IMG/VR virus record: IMGVR_UViG_3300042889_001503
Coordinates: 1 to 64,000 of that record
Length of the DNA stretch: 64,000 nucleotides
Strand: one strand, 5' to 3'
In this document: positions 19,437 through 29,474 of the stretch, piece after piece
How positions within the stretch are numbered: position 1 is the first letter of the stretch
How the letters are laid out: the number at the start of each line of letters is the position of its first letter
Notes under the pieces: model-generated
Told to the model about the DNA's origin: nothing
Seen by the model: only the letters and a program-made list of their open reading frames with translations
Database searches by the model: none
Position numbers and translations under genes: made by a program

Positions 19437-21650
19437 ATGAAAACTTTTGAAATATTTACAACAAATTACGACGGGTATATCGGAGATATAAGTTATTCCG
19501 CATATACCGGAGGAACTATTAGTTTAGGTTCACAGTTATTACCATACGATTATAATACAGATTATTATTATGGAACATATACCGTATACATACCTTTTTA
19601 TAATAAAACCTGTATTTTAGATTATCCGCCACCTTCTTGGGATTTAATCGGTGATACGTTAATATTGTTCATTTCAAGTTGGAAAACCGACAATGAAGGT
19701 TTTACTAACACTAATCAAATTGGTATTGTGTTAGACCCATCAGGAACTTTTAATTTTGTAATTGATTGGGGTGATGGAAATACAGACACAATAACATCAT
19801 ATAGTCAACCTGAGCTTATACATACTTACAATGTTATAGGAACATATACTATACGTATGTTTGGAGTAATTGACGGGTTTAATATAGGAAATTATGCTGG
19901 TGATTATGGTAAAATTTTAAGTGTTCAACAGTGGGGTGATGTAAAATTAATTGATGGTGGATATCAATTTTATTATTGTTTTAATTTAGATTTATCTACC
20001 GTAATCGATACTTTAGACACTTCAAATCTGACTAATATCGACGCTATGTTTGCAGAATGTTATAGTTTAACATCTGTAAATAATATACAATCGTGGGACA
20101 TTTCTAATATAACAAGTTTATCTTATTTATTCTCCGGATGTATATTATTTAATCAAAACTTAAATAATTGGGATATTTCGGGAATTACAAATATAAGTGG
20201 AATGTTTTATTTGACAAGTTATAATCAACCATTATCCGGGTGGAATGTTTCAAATGTTCAATACACAAATTATATGTTTAGTAATTCTCAATTTAATCAA
20301 CCATTATCCGGATGGGATGTTTCAAATGTTGTTGATATGAGTAATATGTTTGAGTCTTGTCCATTTAACCAACCAATCAATAATTGGAATGTTTCAGGTG
20401 TTACAAATATGGGTTATATGTTTAATGGGTCATCATTTAATCAACCATTATCCGGATGGGATGTTTCAAATGTTACAGATATGAGTTATATGTTCTATAA
20501 CAACTCAATATTTAATCAACCTATTGAAAATTGGAATGTTTCAAATGTTACAAATATGAGTGGTATGTTCTATTACAACTCAGCATTTAACCATCCAATT
20601 GGGAATTGGAATGTTTCGGGTGTTACCAATATGAGTTATATGTTCTATTACAACTCAACATTTAACCATCCAATTGGGGATTGGAATGTTTCGGGTGTTA
20701 CCAATATGTCGGGTATGTTCTCTAATAATCAAATATTTAATCAACCATTATCCGGGTGGAACGTCTCAAATGTTACCAATATGTCGAATATGTTCTATTC
20801 CAACTCAACATTTAATCAACCATTATCAAGTTGGACTGTTAGTAATGTAACAAATATGTCAGGTATGTTTTATAATAATAGAATATTTAACCAACAAATT
20901 GATAATTGGGATGTATCTAAAGTTACAAATATGAGTTATATGTTTTTTAACAGTTTATTTGACCAACCATTATCCGGATGGAATGTTTCTAAAGTTACTC
21001 TTATGTTTTCCATGTTTAATAATTCTCAATTTAATCAAAATATAAATAATTGGAATGTTTCTGGAGTTACAAATATGAGTGATATGTTCTCTAATAATCA
21101 AATATTTAATCAACCATTATCCGGGTGGAATGTTTCAAAGGTTACAAGTATGAGTAATATGTTTGCCACTTCATCATTCAATCAACCAATTAATAATTGG
21201 AATGTGTCGGGTGTCACAGATATGGGTGCGATGTTCTATCAATCTCAATTTAATCAACCATTATCCGGGTGGAATGTTTCAAATGTTATTAGTTTGTTTA
21301 ATATGTTTAGGGGTTCAAAATTTAATCAACCTATTGGAAATTGGGATATTTCTAAAGTATCTAATGTTGTGTATATGTTTTATGAAAACCAATATTTTAA
21401 ACAAAATTTAGGGAATTGGAACATATCAGGTGTTACAAATTTTTATTATTTTATGGGAACTAAAAACCCTATTACTTTTTTCACATACAATTTAGATAGT
21501 ATTTATAATGGGTGGGTAACAAAAAACCCACAAATAGGGATACAGATTAATTTTGGTAGTGCAAAATACACATCAGCTGGTTTGGCGGCAAGGACAACCC
21601 TTGTAACAACTTATTTTTGGTCAATTAGCGACGGAGGAATGTTAACTTAA
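19437..21650 (+). CDS. DUF285/BspA-like repeat surface protein with shared N-terminal module (start MKTFEIF)
   Basis: Same repeat type; the ATG at 19437 follows the upstream stop and aligns with the paralog N-termini. Confidence 0.88.
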   Translation: MKTFEIFTTNYDGYIGDISYSAYTGGTISLGSQLLPYDYNTDYYYGTYTVYIPFYNKTCILDYPPPSWDLIGDTLILFISSWKTDNEGFTNTNQIGIVLDPSGTFNFVIDWGDGNTDTITSYSQPELIHTYNVIGTYTIRMFGVIDGFNIGNYAGDYGKILSVQQWGDVKLIDGGYQFYYCFNLDLSTVIDTLDTSNLTNIDAMFAECYSLTSVNNIQSWDISNITSLSYLFSGCILFNQNLNNWDISGITNISGMFYLTSYNQPLSGWNVSNVQYTNYMFSNSQFNQPLSGWDVSNVVDMSNMFESCPFNQPINNWNVSGVTNMGYMFNGSSFNQPLSGWDVSNVTDMSYMFYNNSIFNQPIENWNVSNVTNMSGMFYYNSAFNHPIGNWNVSGVTNMSYMFYYNSTFNHPIGDWNVSGVTNMSGMFSNNQIFNQPLSGWNVSNVTNMSNMFYSNSTFNQPLSSWTVSNVTNMSGMFYNNRIFNQQIDNWDVSKVTNMSYMFFNSLFDQPLSGWNVSKVTLMFSMFNNSQFNQNINNWNVSGVTNMSDMFSNNQIFNQPLSGWNVSKVTSMSNMFATSSFNQPINNWNVSGVTDMGAMFYQSQFNQPLSGWNVSNVISLFNMFRGSKFNQPIGNWDISKVSNVVYMFYENQYFKQNLGNWNISGVTNFYYFMGTKNPITFFTYNLDSIYNGWVTKNPQIGIQINFGSAKYTSAGLAARTTLVTTYFWSISDGGMLT

Positions 21651-21653
21651 TTT

Positions 21654-21863
21654 ATGGAATATATATATAGAATATCGACAAATAATTATACCGGATATAC
21701 CGCCGATATAACTTTTAATCCATCAACAGGTGGAACAATTAATATTGGTACGGTTACATTACCGTATGATTACCCTACAGATTATCCGTATGGTGATTAT
21801 TATATATACATACCGGCAACAGGTGTATCGGGGTCTTTGAATAATCCCCCACCAACACCTTAA
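21654..21863 (+). CDS. stand-alone copy of the shared N-terminal module (69 aa)
   Basis: NYTGYTADITFNPSTGGTINIGTVTLPYDY..DYPYGDYYIY aligns with the N-termini of 17021, 19437 and 21884. Confidence 0.8.
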   Translation: MEYIYRISTNNYTGYTADITFNPSTGGTINIGTVTLPYDYPTDYPYGDYYIYIPATGVSGSLNNPPPTP

Positions 21864-21883
21864 TTTATACGAACTAACAATAT

Positions 21884-24800
21884 ATGAGTACAACTTTAGA
21901 AATATTAACTGCGAATTATAACGGACAATTAGCCGATATAACCTTTTTCCCTTGTTCGGGGGGGGTTATAAATATTGGTGAAGTTACATTACCGTATAAT
22001 TACGAATCCGAAAATTATTATGGAACTTACATTATTTACGTAATGTATTACGATGAAACTTGCTCGTTGGATATTCCTTGTATATCATTAACACCGACAA
22101 ATACACCGACAAATACACCGACACCTACTATTACAGATACTCCAACTCAAACACCAACTCAAACTAATACTGTTACACCAACTAATACTGGAACACCAGC
22201 ACAAACCCCAACACAAACGACAACGCAGACACAAACACAAACACCTTCCAATACAGCTACACCTACTAACACTATCACTCCAACTCAAACTCCAACTAAG
22301 ACTCATACTCCCACACCAACAAATCGCCCTACAACAACACCAACAATGACACCAACAAATACTCCTACACAAACAAATACTCAAACAAATACGCCAACAA
22401 ATACGCAAACGCAAACACAAACGCAAACTCAAACCACTACACAAACTCCGACTAACACTCCAACACAAACACAAACTCAAACACAAACACCGTCACCATT
22501 ACCTCCAACAATTGGGTATTTTGAAGATTGTTGTTACCCATCTATAATATATAAAGTGGGTGGAATAATATATCCTGTTTTTATTGATAACTTCTATTAT
22601 ATAGAGACTACCGGATATAGTGGTTGTGTTAAAGCAATAAATCCTACGTCATTTAACAGTCAATATGAAATTATTAGTTTAACTTCATATGTGAGTTGCC
22701 TTATTTGTCAATTAGACCACGAATGTATTTTACCTACACCTACACCAACTCCAACTCAAACTGTGACTCCAACGGTAACGCCAACAGTAACTCCAACAAT
22801 TTCAACAACACCAACAAATACTCCTACACAAACACAAACACAAACTTCAACACCAACACAAACACCTACCAATACACCAACAAACACTCAAACACAAACT
22901 CAAACACAAACACAAACTCAAACTTCAACACCGACACAAACACCTACTCAAACTCCGACTAACACTCCAACCAAAACTCAAACTCCAACAACAACAACGA
23001 CATTAACCGCAACACCAACTCAGACTCAAACTCCAACAAACACTCAAACACCAACAAAAACTCAAACACCAACACCAACAAAAACAATGACTCAAACACC
23101 TACTAATACTCAAACACAAACACCAACCAAAACTCAAACACAGACGCCTACAAACACACCAGTTTGTTCAGCACCTCAAATGTTAGGTGTTACATTGTCA
23201 TCAGGTTCAATTTTATCTGTTTCGATTATTCCGGGACCAAATTGTAGTGGTATTTTTATGATATATTCTTATGATAATATAAACTTTAATTCTGCTGTGG
23301 CAACTCCAAGTAACTGTACATCACCGTTTACTTTTGACTCTCTTACTACAACAGGAAATGTTTATGTAAAAGTGGGTCAATTATGTACATCAGGTGGTAT
23401 TAGCGCATATTCTGAAGTTTTCCCATATTTCTTCCCAACCCCAACTCCGACACCAACACCAACAAATACACAAACGCCTACTAAAACTCCAACCAACACT
23501 CCAACTAAAACTCAAACCCCAACAACAACAACAACATTAACTGCAACTCCGACTCAGACTCAGACGCCAACTAAAACTCCTACTAACACTCCAACCAAAA
23601 CACAAACACAAACTCCAACTAAAACTCAAACTCCAACAACAACAACAACATTAACTGCAACTCCGACGCAAACACAAACGCCTACTAAAACTCCTACACA
23701 AACACCTACTCGAACAAACACTCCAACGCCAACAACATCGTGTGGTGTTACATTAATTTCTACCACATATGTTTCAGGAACCACTTGGAATTATAATTTC
23801 ACAACAGCAGGTTCTTGTGGAACACTTTTACCGGAATATTCGTCTGATAATATAACTTGGACTTTGGGTGGTGCAGGTGGTTGTACTTCACCTAGGTCGG
23901 CAATAACCGGTATTAATAGTGGAACAATATACTTTAGAATGACATTATTTTGTTCGTCTCTTACGGGAGTTTCAAATGTTATTACTTATGTGTTCCCATC
24001 ACCAACACCTACACCTACAAGAACTCAAACACCAACACCAACAAAAACACCTACACCTACACCGACTGAAACACCACCTGGAGTAACTTGTGTATGTTAT
24101 GAATTATATTGGTCTCCACCAGGTGGTCCTTTCTTTGGTTCAACAACTTTTGATTATATTGATTGTGAAGGGTTCCCTGCAAGTTCCTTTGCTAACAATA
24201 TGGGTGATTCACCGAATATTTGTGCTCAAGAAAACACTATTTCATTTGGCGGTGGTGACAATTCAGGTGGTTGGCTTCCATCAATATATAATTGTTGCGC
24301 AACAAATATTACATTAGGATATAGAGTGTCAAATGCTGTATGTTCGTTACCTGGTTGGGCGTTAGTTAATCAATGTATAAATCGTTCCGCAATTTTAGGT
24401 TTATGTGACGCAACCGAATTATATGATGATGATATATCCGGTAATTGTACCTTCGCATTTGCAGCTGCGGGTTATTATAAAACCACTGATAACTTTAGTA
24501 GAAGATATTGGGATGGAACCGCATTTACGGGTGCTTGTTTTTCGTGTGGTTGTTTAGTTGTTAATACAGTAATAACATTATCTGATGGTTCAACTAAATT
24601 AATACAAGATGTTCAAGTTAACGACATACTTAAATCTATTGATGTTTCAGGAATGCCACAACCATCAAACGAATGGTACTCTTGGAGTAGTGACACTTTA
24701 AATTATGTAGAATCAACCTCTACAGTAATTAATTTTACAATATATGAATTTGATTCGGTTATTAATATTAATAACGATAAATTAATTGCGACTGATTCTC

Positions 24801-25006
24801 ATAACCACGTTGTTAAACAAAATGGTGTTTGGTATATCAGAACAACATCTGATTTAAATGTTGGTGATGTATTATTAGATATTGACAATACTGAATTTGA
24901 AATCACATCATTAGTGACAATTACAGAATCAACAACAGTTTATAACGTTGATGTGAATAATAGTAATTTATATTTTGCGAATAATGTCTTAACTCACAAT
25001 AAGTAA
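21884..25006 (+). CDS. mucin-like Thr/Pro-rich surface protein with C-terminal Hint domain
   Basis: Shared N-module; long TPTQT tracts; Cys-rich modules; C-terminal CLVVNT...TDSH...VYNVDV..LYFANNVLTHNK. Confidence 0.85.
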   Translation: MSTTLEILTANYNGQLADITFFPCSGGVINIGEVTLPYNYESENYYGTYIIYVMYYDETCSLDIPCISLTPTNTPTNTPTPTITDTPTQTPTQTNTVTPTNTGTPAQTPTQTTTQTQTQTPSNTATPTNTITPTQTPTKTHTPTPTNRPTTTPTMTPTNTPTQTNTQTNTPTNTQTQTQTQTQTTTQTPTNTPTQTQTQTQTPSPLPPTIGYFEDCCYPSIIYKVGGIIYPVFIDNFYYIETTGYSGCVKAINPTSFNSQYEIISLTSYVSCLICQLDHECILPTPTPTPTQTVTPTVTPTVTPTISTTPTNTPTQTQTQTSTPTQTPTNTPTNTQTQTQTQTQTQTSTPTQTPTQTPTNTPTKTQTPTTTTTLTATPTQTQTPTNTQTPTKTQTPTPTKTMTQTPTNTQTQTPTKTQTQTPTNTPVCSAPQMLGVTLSSGSILSVSIIPGPNCSGIFMIYSYDNINFNSAVATPSNCTSPFTFDSLTTTGNVYVKVGQLCTSGGISAYSEVFPYFFPTPTPTPTPTNTQTPTKTPTNTPTKTQTPTTTTTLTATPTQTQTPTKTPTNTPTKTQTQTPTKTQTPTTTTTLTATPTQTQTPTKTPTQTPTRTNTPTPTTSCGVTLISTTYVSGTTWNYNFTTAGSCGTLLPEYSSDNITWTLGGAGGCTSPRSAITGINSGTIYFRMTLFCSSLTGVSNVITYVFPSPTPTPTRTQTPTPTKTPTPTPTETPPGVTCVCYELYWSPPGGPFFGSTTFDYIDCEGFPASSFANNMGDSPNICAQENTISFGGGDNSGGWLPSIYNCCATNITLGYRVSNAVCSLPGWALVNQCINRSAILGLCDATELYDDDISGNCTFAFAAAGYYKTTDNFSRRYWDGTAFTGACFSCGCLVVNTVITLSDGSTKLIQDVQVNDILKSIDVSGMPQPSNEWYSWSSDTLNYVESTSTVINFTIYEFDSVININNDKLIATDSHNHVVKQNGVWYIRTTSDLNVGDVLLDIDNTEFEITSLVTITESTTVYNVDVNNSNLYFANNVLTHNK
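24551..25003 (+). other. Hint (intein/Hedgehog-like) domain
   Basis: Cys1 at 24551, block B TxxH, block F VYN, terminal His-Asn followed by a single Lys and a stop. Confidence 0.8.
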
Positions 25007-25070
25007 AACAGATACTTATTAGAACAAAGTAAACTATTTATATAAGGAAAATTATATTTAAATTTAGAAT

Positions 25071-26957
25071 ATGGAAAATAATGAAAATAATGATTTAACG
25101 GTTTGGCAAAGGTTATCAAGAGCCTTTGGACCAAACGCGTTATTAAATCAAGACTACCCAACATATAAGTTAGATAAGAAAGAGTTGTTAAAGACAACAT
25201 CACAAGCGGAATATGAAAGAGAAAAATTACAAGCTCAACAAACATATTACCTATCTAACCAATGGACTAAGATTGAAAGTAATCTATACACTCAAGCAGT
25301 TTATTATGAACCAACTCGTTTGGCTTCATTTTACGATTATGAATCTATGGAATACACCCCTGAGATATCAGCGGCATTAGACATCTATGGTGAAGAATCA
25401 ACAACTGTTGATGAGAATGGATATATGTTACAAATTTATTCTGAATCAAAAAGAATAAAATCTATACTAGCCGATTTATTCAATAACGTATTAGACGTTA
25501 ATACGAATTTAACTATGTGGACAAGAAATACTTGTAAGTATGGTGATAACTTTGTTTATTTAAAATTAGATTCAGATAAAGGTATTGTTGGTTGTATGCA
25601 ATTACCAAACATTGAAATAGAACGTTTGGAAAGAGGTATGGCAGCAAAATCTGCAACTATAGATGAACCTGCAGAACACAAAGGATTAAGATTTAAGTGG
25701 AAGGCAAAAGATATGGAGTTTAACTCTTGGGAAGTTGCCCACTTCCGTTTATTAGGTGACGATAGAAAACTTCCATACGGAACGTCAATGTTAGAAAAAG
25801 CAAGACGTATTTGGAAACAATTATTATTATCGGAAGATGCGATGTTAATTTATAGAACTTCAAGAGCACCGGAAAGACGTGTGTTCAAAGTATTCGTTGG
25901 TAATATGGATGATAAAGATGTTGAGGCTTACGTACAACGTGTTGCAAACAAATTTAAACGTGACCAAGTTGTTGATGCTAAAACAGGTAATGTCGATATG
26001 AGATTCAACCAAATGGCTGTTGACCAAGATTACTTTATTCCTGTTAGAGACCCAGCGGCGGCATCACCAATTGATACGTTACCGGGAGCAACAAACTTAT
26101 CTGAAATTGCCGATATAGAATATATCCAAAAGAAATTATTAACCGCTCTTCGTGTTCCTAAAGCATTTTTAGGATTTGAAGAAACTGCCGGTGATGGTAA
26201 GAATTTATCATTACAGGATATTCGTTTTGCAAGAACAATCAATAAGATTCAAAAATCAATGATTGCCGAATTAAATAAAATTGCAATCATTCATTTATTC
26301 TTATTAGGGTTTGAAGATGAGTTATCTAACTTTACGTTAGGACTAACCAATCCATCATCCCAAGCAGATTTATTAAAGAATGACCTTTGGAAAGAAAAAA
26401 TTGCATTATACCAACAAGCCGTTGCGGCAATTGCGGGTATTGCTCCGGTATCTGTATCGTGGGCTAAGAAACATATTTTAGGATTCTCTGATGAGGAAAT
26501 CAAACTTGATTTACAACAACAAAGAATTGAGATGGCTGTCGGAGCTGAATTAACAAATACGGCAACTATCATAACACATACAGGTATCTTCGATAATATC
26601 GATAAATTATATGGTAACCCTGCATCCGGAGCAACTGCCGGTGGTGCGGCACCATCATCCCCACCACCACCGGGAGGTGGAGGAGGTTTCGGCGGAGGTG
26701 GAGACTTAGGTGGAGGAATGGAAGATTTAGGTGGACCTGAACCAGGACCTGAACCGGGTGGACCTGAACCGGGTGGAGCCCCTGAGGCGGCAGCTCCCGA
26801 AGCAGAAGTAACTCCTGAATCATTTAATAGAGATAATTTAAAAATATTGGTAGAAAGAAGTAATATGACAGAAGATGATTCATACATTGATTTATCCAAA
26901 GGTGGAAACTCTTTAGGAGAAATTGAAGCTCAATTAGGTAAACTTCTAAAAGATTAG
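25071..26957 (+). CDS. portal protein (T4 gp20-like)
   Basis: LLLSEDAMLIYRTSRAPERRVFKVFVGNM, DYFIP, IDTLPG, YIQKKLLTALRVP; G/P-rich tail. Confidence 0.92.
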   Translation: MENNENNDLTVWQRLSRAFGPNALLNQDYPTYKLDKKELLKTTSQAEYEREKLQAQQTYYLSNQWTKIESNLYTQAVYYEPTRLASFYDYESMEYTPEISAALDIYGEESTTVDENGYMLQIYSESKRIKSILADLFNNVLDVNTNLTMWTRNTCKYGDNFVYLKLDSDKGIVGCMQLPNIEIERLERGMAAKSATIDEPAEHKGLRFKWKAKDMEFNSWEVAHFRLLGDDRKLPYGTSMLEKARRIWKQLLLSEDAMLIYRTSRAPERRVFKVFVGNMDDKDVEAYVQRVANKFKRDQVVDAKTGNVDMRFNQMAVDQDYFIPVRDPAAASPIDTLPGATNLSEIADIEYIQKKLLTALRVPKAFLGFEETAGDGKNLSLQDIRFARTINKIQKSMIAELNKIAIIHLFLLGFEDELSNFTLGLTNPSSQADLLKNDLWKEKIALYQQAVAAIAGIAPVSVSWAKKHILGFSDEEIKLDLQQQRIEMAVGAELTNTATIITHTGIFDNIDKLYGNPASGATAGGAAPSSPPPPGGGGGFGGGGDLGGGMEDLGGPEPGPEPGGPEPGGAPEAAAPEAEVTPESFNRDNLKILVERSNMTEDDSYIDLSKGGNSLGEIEAQLGKLLKD

Positions 26958-26979
26958 ATATTTATAAATAAAAAAACTT

Positions 26980-27696
26980 ATGAACTTCGGTATATTAAAA
27001 ACAAAAATAGAAAGAGTGTTGTTAGAATCATACGCTAACGACACATTTAAAGACGAAATAAAAAATTTCAAAAAATATGTTTTAGAAAACAAAAACATAA
27101 GTAAATTATTTTATTTATACGATGAATTAAATTCTCCAAAAGCATTAAGTGAATCTTACGCCAGAGAGTTTATTAACGAAAGTATTAAAATGTATGAGAA
27201 CACAATCAATAAAATCAAGCAATCTGATTTAAATAAAATAAAATCTTGGGTTGGTAATAAACAGATAGAGAATCAATATGAGACTATCGATACGTTGTTT
27301 TCTTCAGATATATTAACGATTGAATCTAAAATTAAATGTAGAAACATTCTGTCAGAATCTCTTAGAAAATTACCGGTGGTGAAAACAGAAGGGATTGATT
27401 TACCGTTAACAACAATGGTAAGTGTTGCAAACAAAACTATTAAAAGTTATATTGATGGTTTAACTGAATCTGACAAAAAAGAATTAATGTCTTTATTGTC
27501 TGAAGATGATTCAACATTGAATGAAAAATACGTTACACTTAAAGAAGGTGTAGTTACGAAACTAACGGAAATGAAGAATGCTAGCACTGATTCAACAATG
27601 CAAATAAGAATTGAGGATACTATCTCAAAAGTAATTTCTGAAAAATACGACAAACTTACGTACTTCAAACTTAAAAACCTTAAAGAAAATCTTTAA
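26980..27696 (+). CDS. hypothetical head-module protein
   Basis: ORF after the portal gene, with TATTTATAAATA upstream. Confidence 0.75.
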   Translation: MNFGILKTKIERVLLESYANDTFKDEIKNFKKYVLENKNISKLFYLYDELNSPKALSESYAREFINESIKMYENTINKIKQSDLNKIKSWVGNKQIENQYETIDTLFSSDILTIESKIKCRNILSESLRKLPVVKTEGIDLPLTTMVSVANKTIKSYIDGLTESDKKELMSLLSEDDSTLNEKYVTLKEGVVTKLTEMKNASTDSTMQIRIEDTISKVISEKYDKLTYFKLKNLKENL

Positions 27697-27887
27697 TTAT
27701 CGTCTGATTTAAATTTTTTCTGAACATACTTAGCTTTTGAAAGACCATCACGTTTAATTACTGATGGTTTTTTAAATTCTTTTCGTTTTGATAATTCAGA
27801 GCTTTGACGGGTTTTAATTACTTTACTTTTATAGAGTTTTAGAGCTTTCTCAATCGTAATGTGATTATTTAATTTTACTATTAGCAT
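27693..27887 (-). CDS. rpsU: ribosomal protein bS21
   Basis: MLIVKL....IEKALK.YK.KV.KT.Q..EL..RKEF.KPSV.KR, a Bacteroidetes-type bS21 pattern. Confidence 0.85.
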   Translation of the reverse strand: MLIVKLNNHITIEKALKLYKSKVIKTRQSSELSKRKEFKKPSVIKRDGLSKAKYVQKKFKSDDN

Positions 27888-27890
27888 ATA

Positions 27891-27910
27891 CTACATATAT
27901 CTCCCTCCTA
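27891..27910 (-). promoter_or_regulatory. AGGAGG motif plus ATG-TAG start-stop element upstream of bS21
   Basis: Minus strand TAGGAGG-GAGATAT-ATG-TAG-TAT-ATG(bS21). Confidence 0.45.
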
Positions 27911-27920
27911 CAAAAAAGTT

Positions 27921-27949
27921 TTGACATTACCCATAAAAACACCTATTAT
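27921..27949 (+). promoter_or_regulatory. possible sigma70-like promoter TTGACA-N17-TATTAT
   Basis: TTGACA at 27921-27926 and TATTAT at 27944-27949, upstream of the ORF at 27982. Confidence 0.4.
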
Positions 27950-27981
27950 TTTTAAAAATAAACAGGAAAATATGAAAATTA

Positions 27982-28452
27982 ATGAAAAAGGGAAAAACTT
28001 CTCTACTACACGGGTTCAAAACAGCGAAGATTGTTTATGGAACGGTAGACTCAATCAAACTTAAATCACTTTACTTAAACATCCAAACTTGGGTTGAACC
28101 AATATACGAATGTGATAATTGGACAAGAACAGTTCTTAACCTAAGTAGGAGTATTAAACACTCAATCTACGAGTCAATAAACAAAGATATATTCAACGAC
28201 AAATTTATTGTAGACTTAGATTTAAGGTCCAGCGGACTCAATCTAAACAAAAAATCGTTTATGAACCTTGAAATAAATTTTTATTTAATACAAGAAGATT
28301 TGGATTTCAAATGTAACGAAATAAAAGAATCATTACAACAAATAACAAAACAAATTTTTAAAGATAATTTTTTAGATAATGAAAATTTTAACTTTTATCT
28401 AACCAAAAACAGTAAAATCACAGAAGAATTGTTACAAACCGAGAATGTTTAA
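27982..28452 (+). CDS. hypothetical protein
   Basis: 156-aa ORF divergent from bS21. Confidence 0.75.
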   Translation: MKKGKTSLLHGFKTAKIVYGTVDSIKLKSLYLNIQTWVEPIYECDNWTRTVLNLSRSIKHSIYESINKDIFNDKFIVDLDLRSSGLNLNKKSFMNLEINFYLIQEDLDFKCNEIKESLQQITKQIFKDNFLDNENFNFYLTKNSKITEELLQTENV

Positions 28453-28475
28453 TATTTATAAATAAAACATTCAAA

Positions 28476-29201
28476 ATGAATTTAAGAATATTACAACCAA
28501 GTGAATCAGGGAAAGGTATATTAGTTGAATACGATGCTGGGTATATTAACCCAAATGATAATCGTAACGAAACATTAATTAGAGAATCTAGCGAAACTCT
28601 TGACCACACTAAACCAATTGAGTTTTATGCCGTATTACAAAAATATGATACCCCTAATAGAAATGGTAGATTATATCCTGAACGTATATTAAAAAGAGAG
28701 GCGGAGAATTATAAAAAAATGATTAAAAAGGGAACAGCCCTATCCGAGTTAAATCACCCGGAATCATCTTTAATCGATTTAGATAGAGTTTCTCACGCAA
28801 TCACCGAAGTATGGTGGGAAGGTAATGTCCTAATGGGTAAAATAAAACTACTTACATCACCGGGATATCACGAAAGTGGTATTTGTTCAACCAAAGGTGA
28901 CTTAGCAGCTAACTACCTAAGACAAGGAGTTACATTAGGTATCTCATCAAGAGGTGTAGGTTCCCTTAAAAAGATTGGTGAACAAAATGAAGTTCAAGAC
29001 GATTTTGAATTAATCTGTTTTGATTTAGTATCATCACCATCAACCCCGGGAGCGTATCTATTCTTAAATAAAGAGGATAAACAACTATACGATGAGAACT
29101 TAGAAGAAGAGAAAAAAATGAGTGTTGAGAGACACGTTGGTGATTCCGGAAATAAATCGCTTGACTTAATGAAAAAATTAAACGATTATTTGGGTTACTA
29201 A
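28476..29201 (+). CDS. prohead core protease (T4 gp21-like)
   Basis: NRNGRLYP, ELNHP, SHAI, GISSRGVGSL, DLVSSPSTPGAY. Confidence 0.92.
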   Translation: MNLRILQPSESGKGILVEYDAGYINPNDNRNETLIRESSETLDHTKPIEFYAVLQKYDTPNRNGRLYPERILKREAENYKKMIKKGTALSELNHPESSLIDLDRVSHAITEVWWEGNVLMGKIKLLTSPGYHESGICSTKGDLAANYLRQGVTLGISSRGVGSLKKIGEQNEVQDDFELICFDLVSSPSTPGAYLFLNKEDKQLYDENLEEEKKMSVERHVGDSGNKSLDLMKKLNDYLGY

Positions 29202-29215
29202 TAAAAAAAAACAAA

Positions 29216-29425
29216 ATGGAAGAAAAGTATTTTATCGCAAAAGTTACCTTGGACTCAGTTGATGAGGCATCAGGTAAGATTAAAAAATTAAGAGAAGAAA
29301 AATTAGTAAGTGGTTACAACCCTACTGATGTTGAGGCGAAAGTTACCAAAGTTTTTGAACATTATACAATGGAGTGGAGAATTACCGCTATTGTAGAAAG
29401 TAAAATTGATGAAGTAATTGAGTAG
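29216..29425 (+). CDS. small protein, DUF4494-like
   Basis: YFIAKV......GKIKKLREEKLV......VEAKV resembles Bacteroidetes DUF4494 (recognised from memory, not searched). Confidence 0.45.
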   Translation: MEEKYFIAKVTLDSVDEASGKIKKLREEKLVSGYNPTDVEAKVTKVFEHYTMEWRITAIVESKIDEVIE

Positions 29426-29446
29426 TTAAATTTTTAATTATTAAGT

Positions 29447-29474
29447 AAAAGAGGACATATAGTCCTCTTTTTTT
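29447..29474 (+). terminator. rho-independent terminator
   Basis: AAAAGAGGAC-ATATA-GTCCTCTTTT followed by a T run. Confidence 0.88.

Noticed and set aside
15970-21450. ~75-bp periodic repeats considered as a CRISPR array or DGR template/variable repeats
   Set aside because: The repeats are in-frame coding units with synonymous variation. There are no unique spacers, no adenine-specific mismatch pattern, and no cas or reverse transcriptase gene in the window.
24551-25003. Classical mobile intein with homing endonuclease
   Set aside because: There is no endonuclease insert and no C-extein nucleophile; it is a terminal Hint domain
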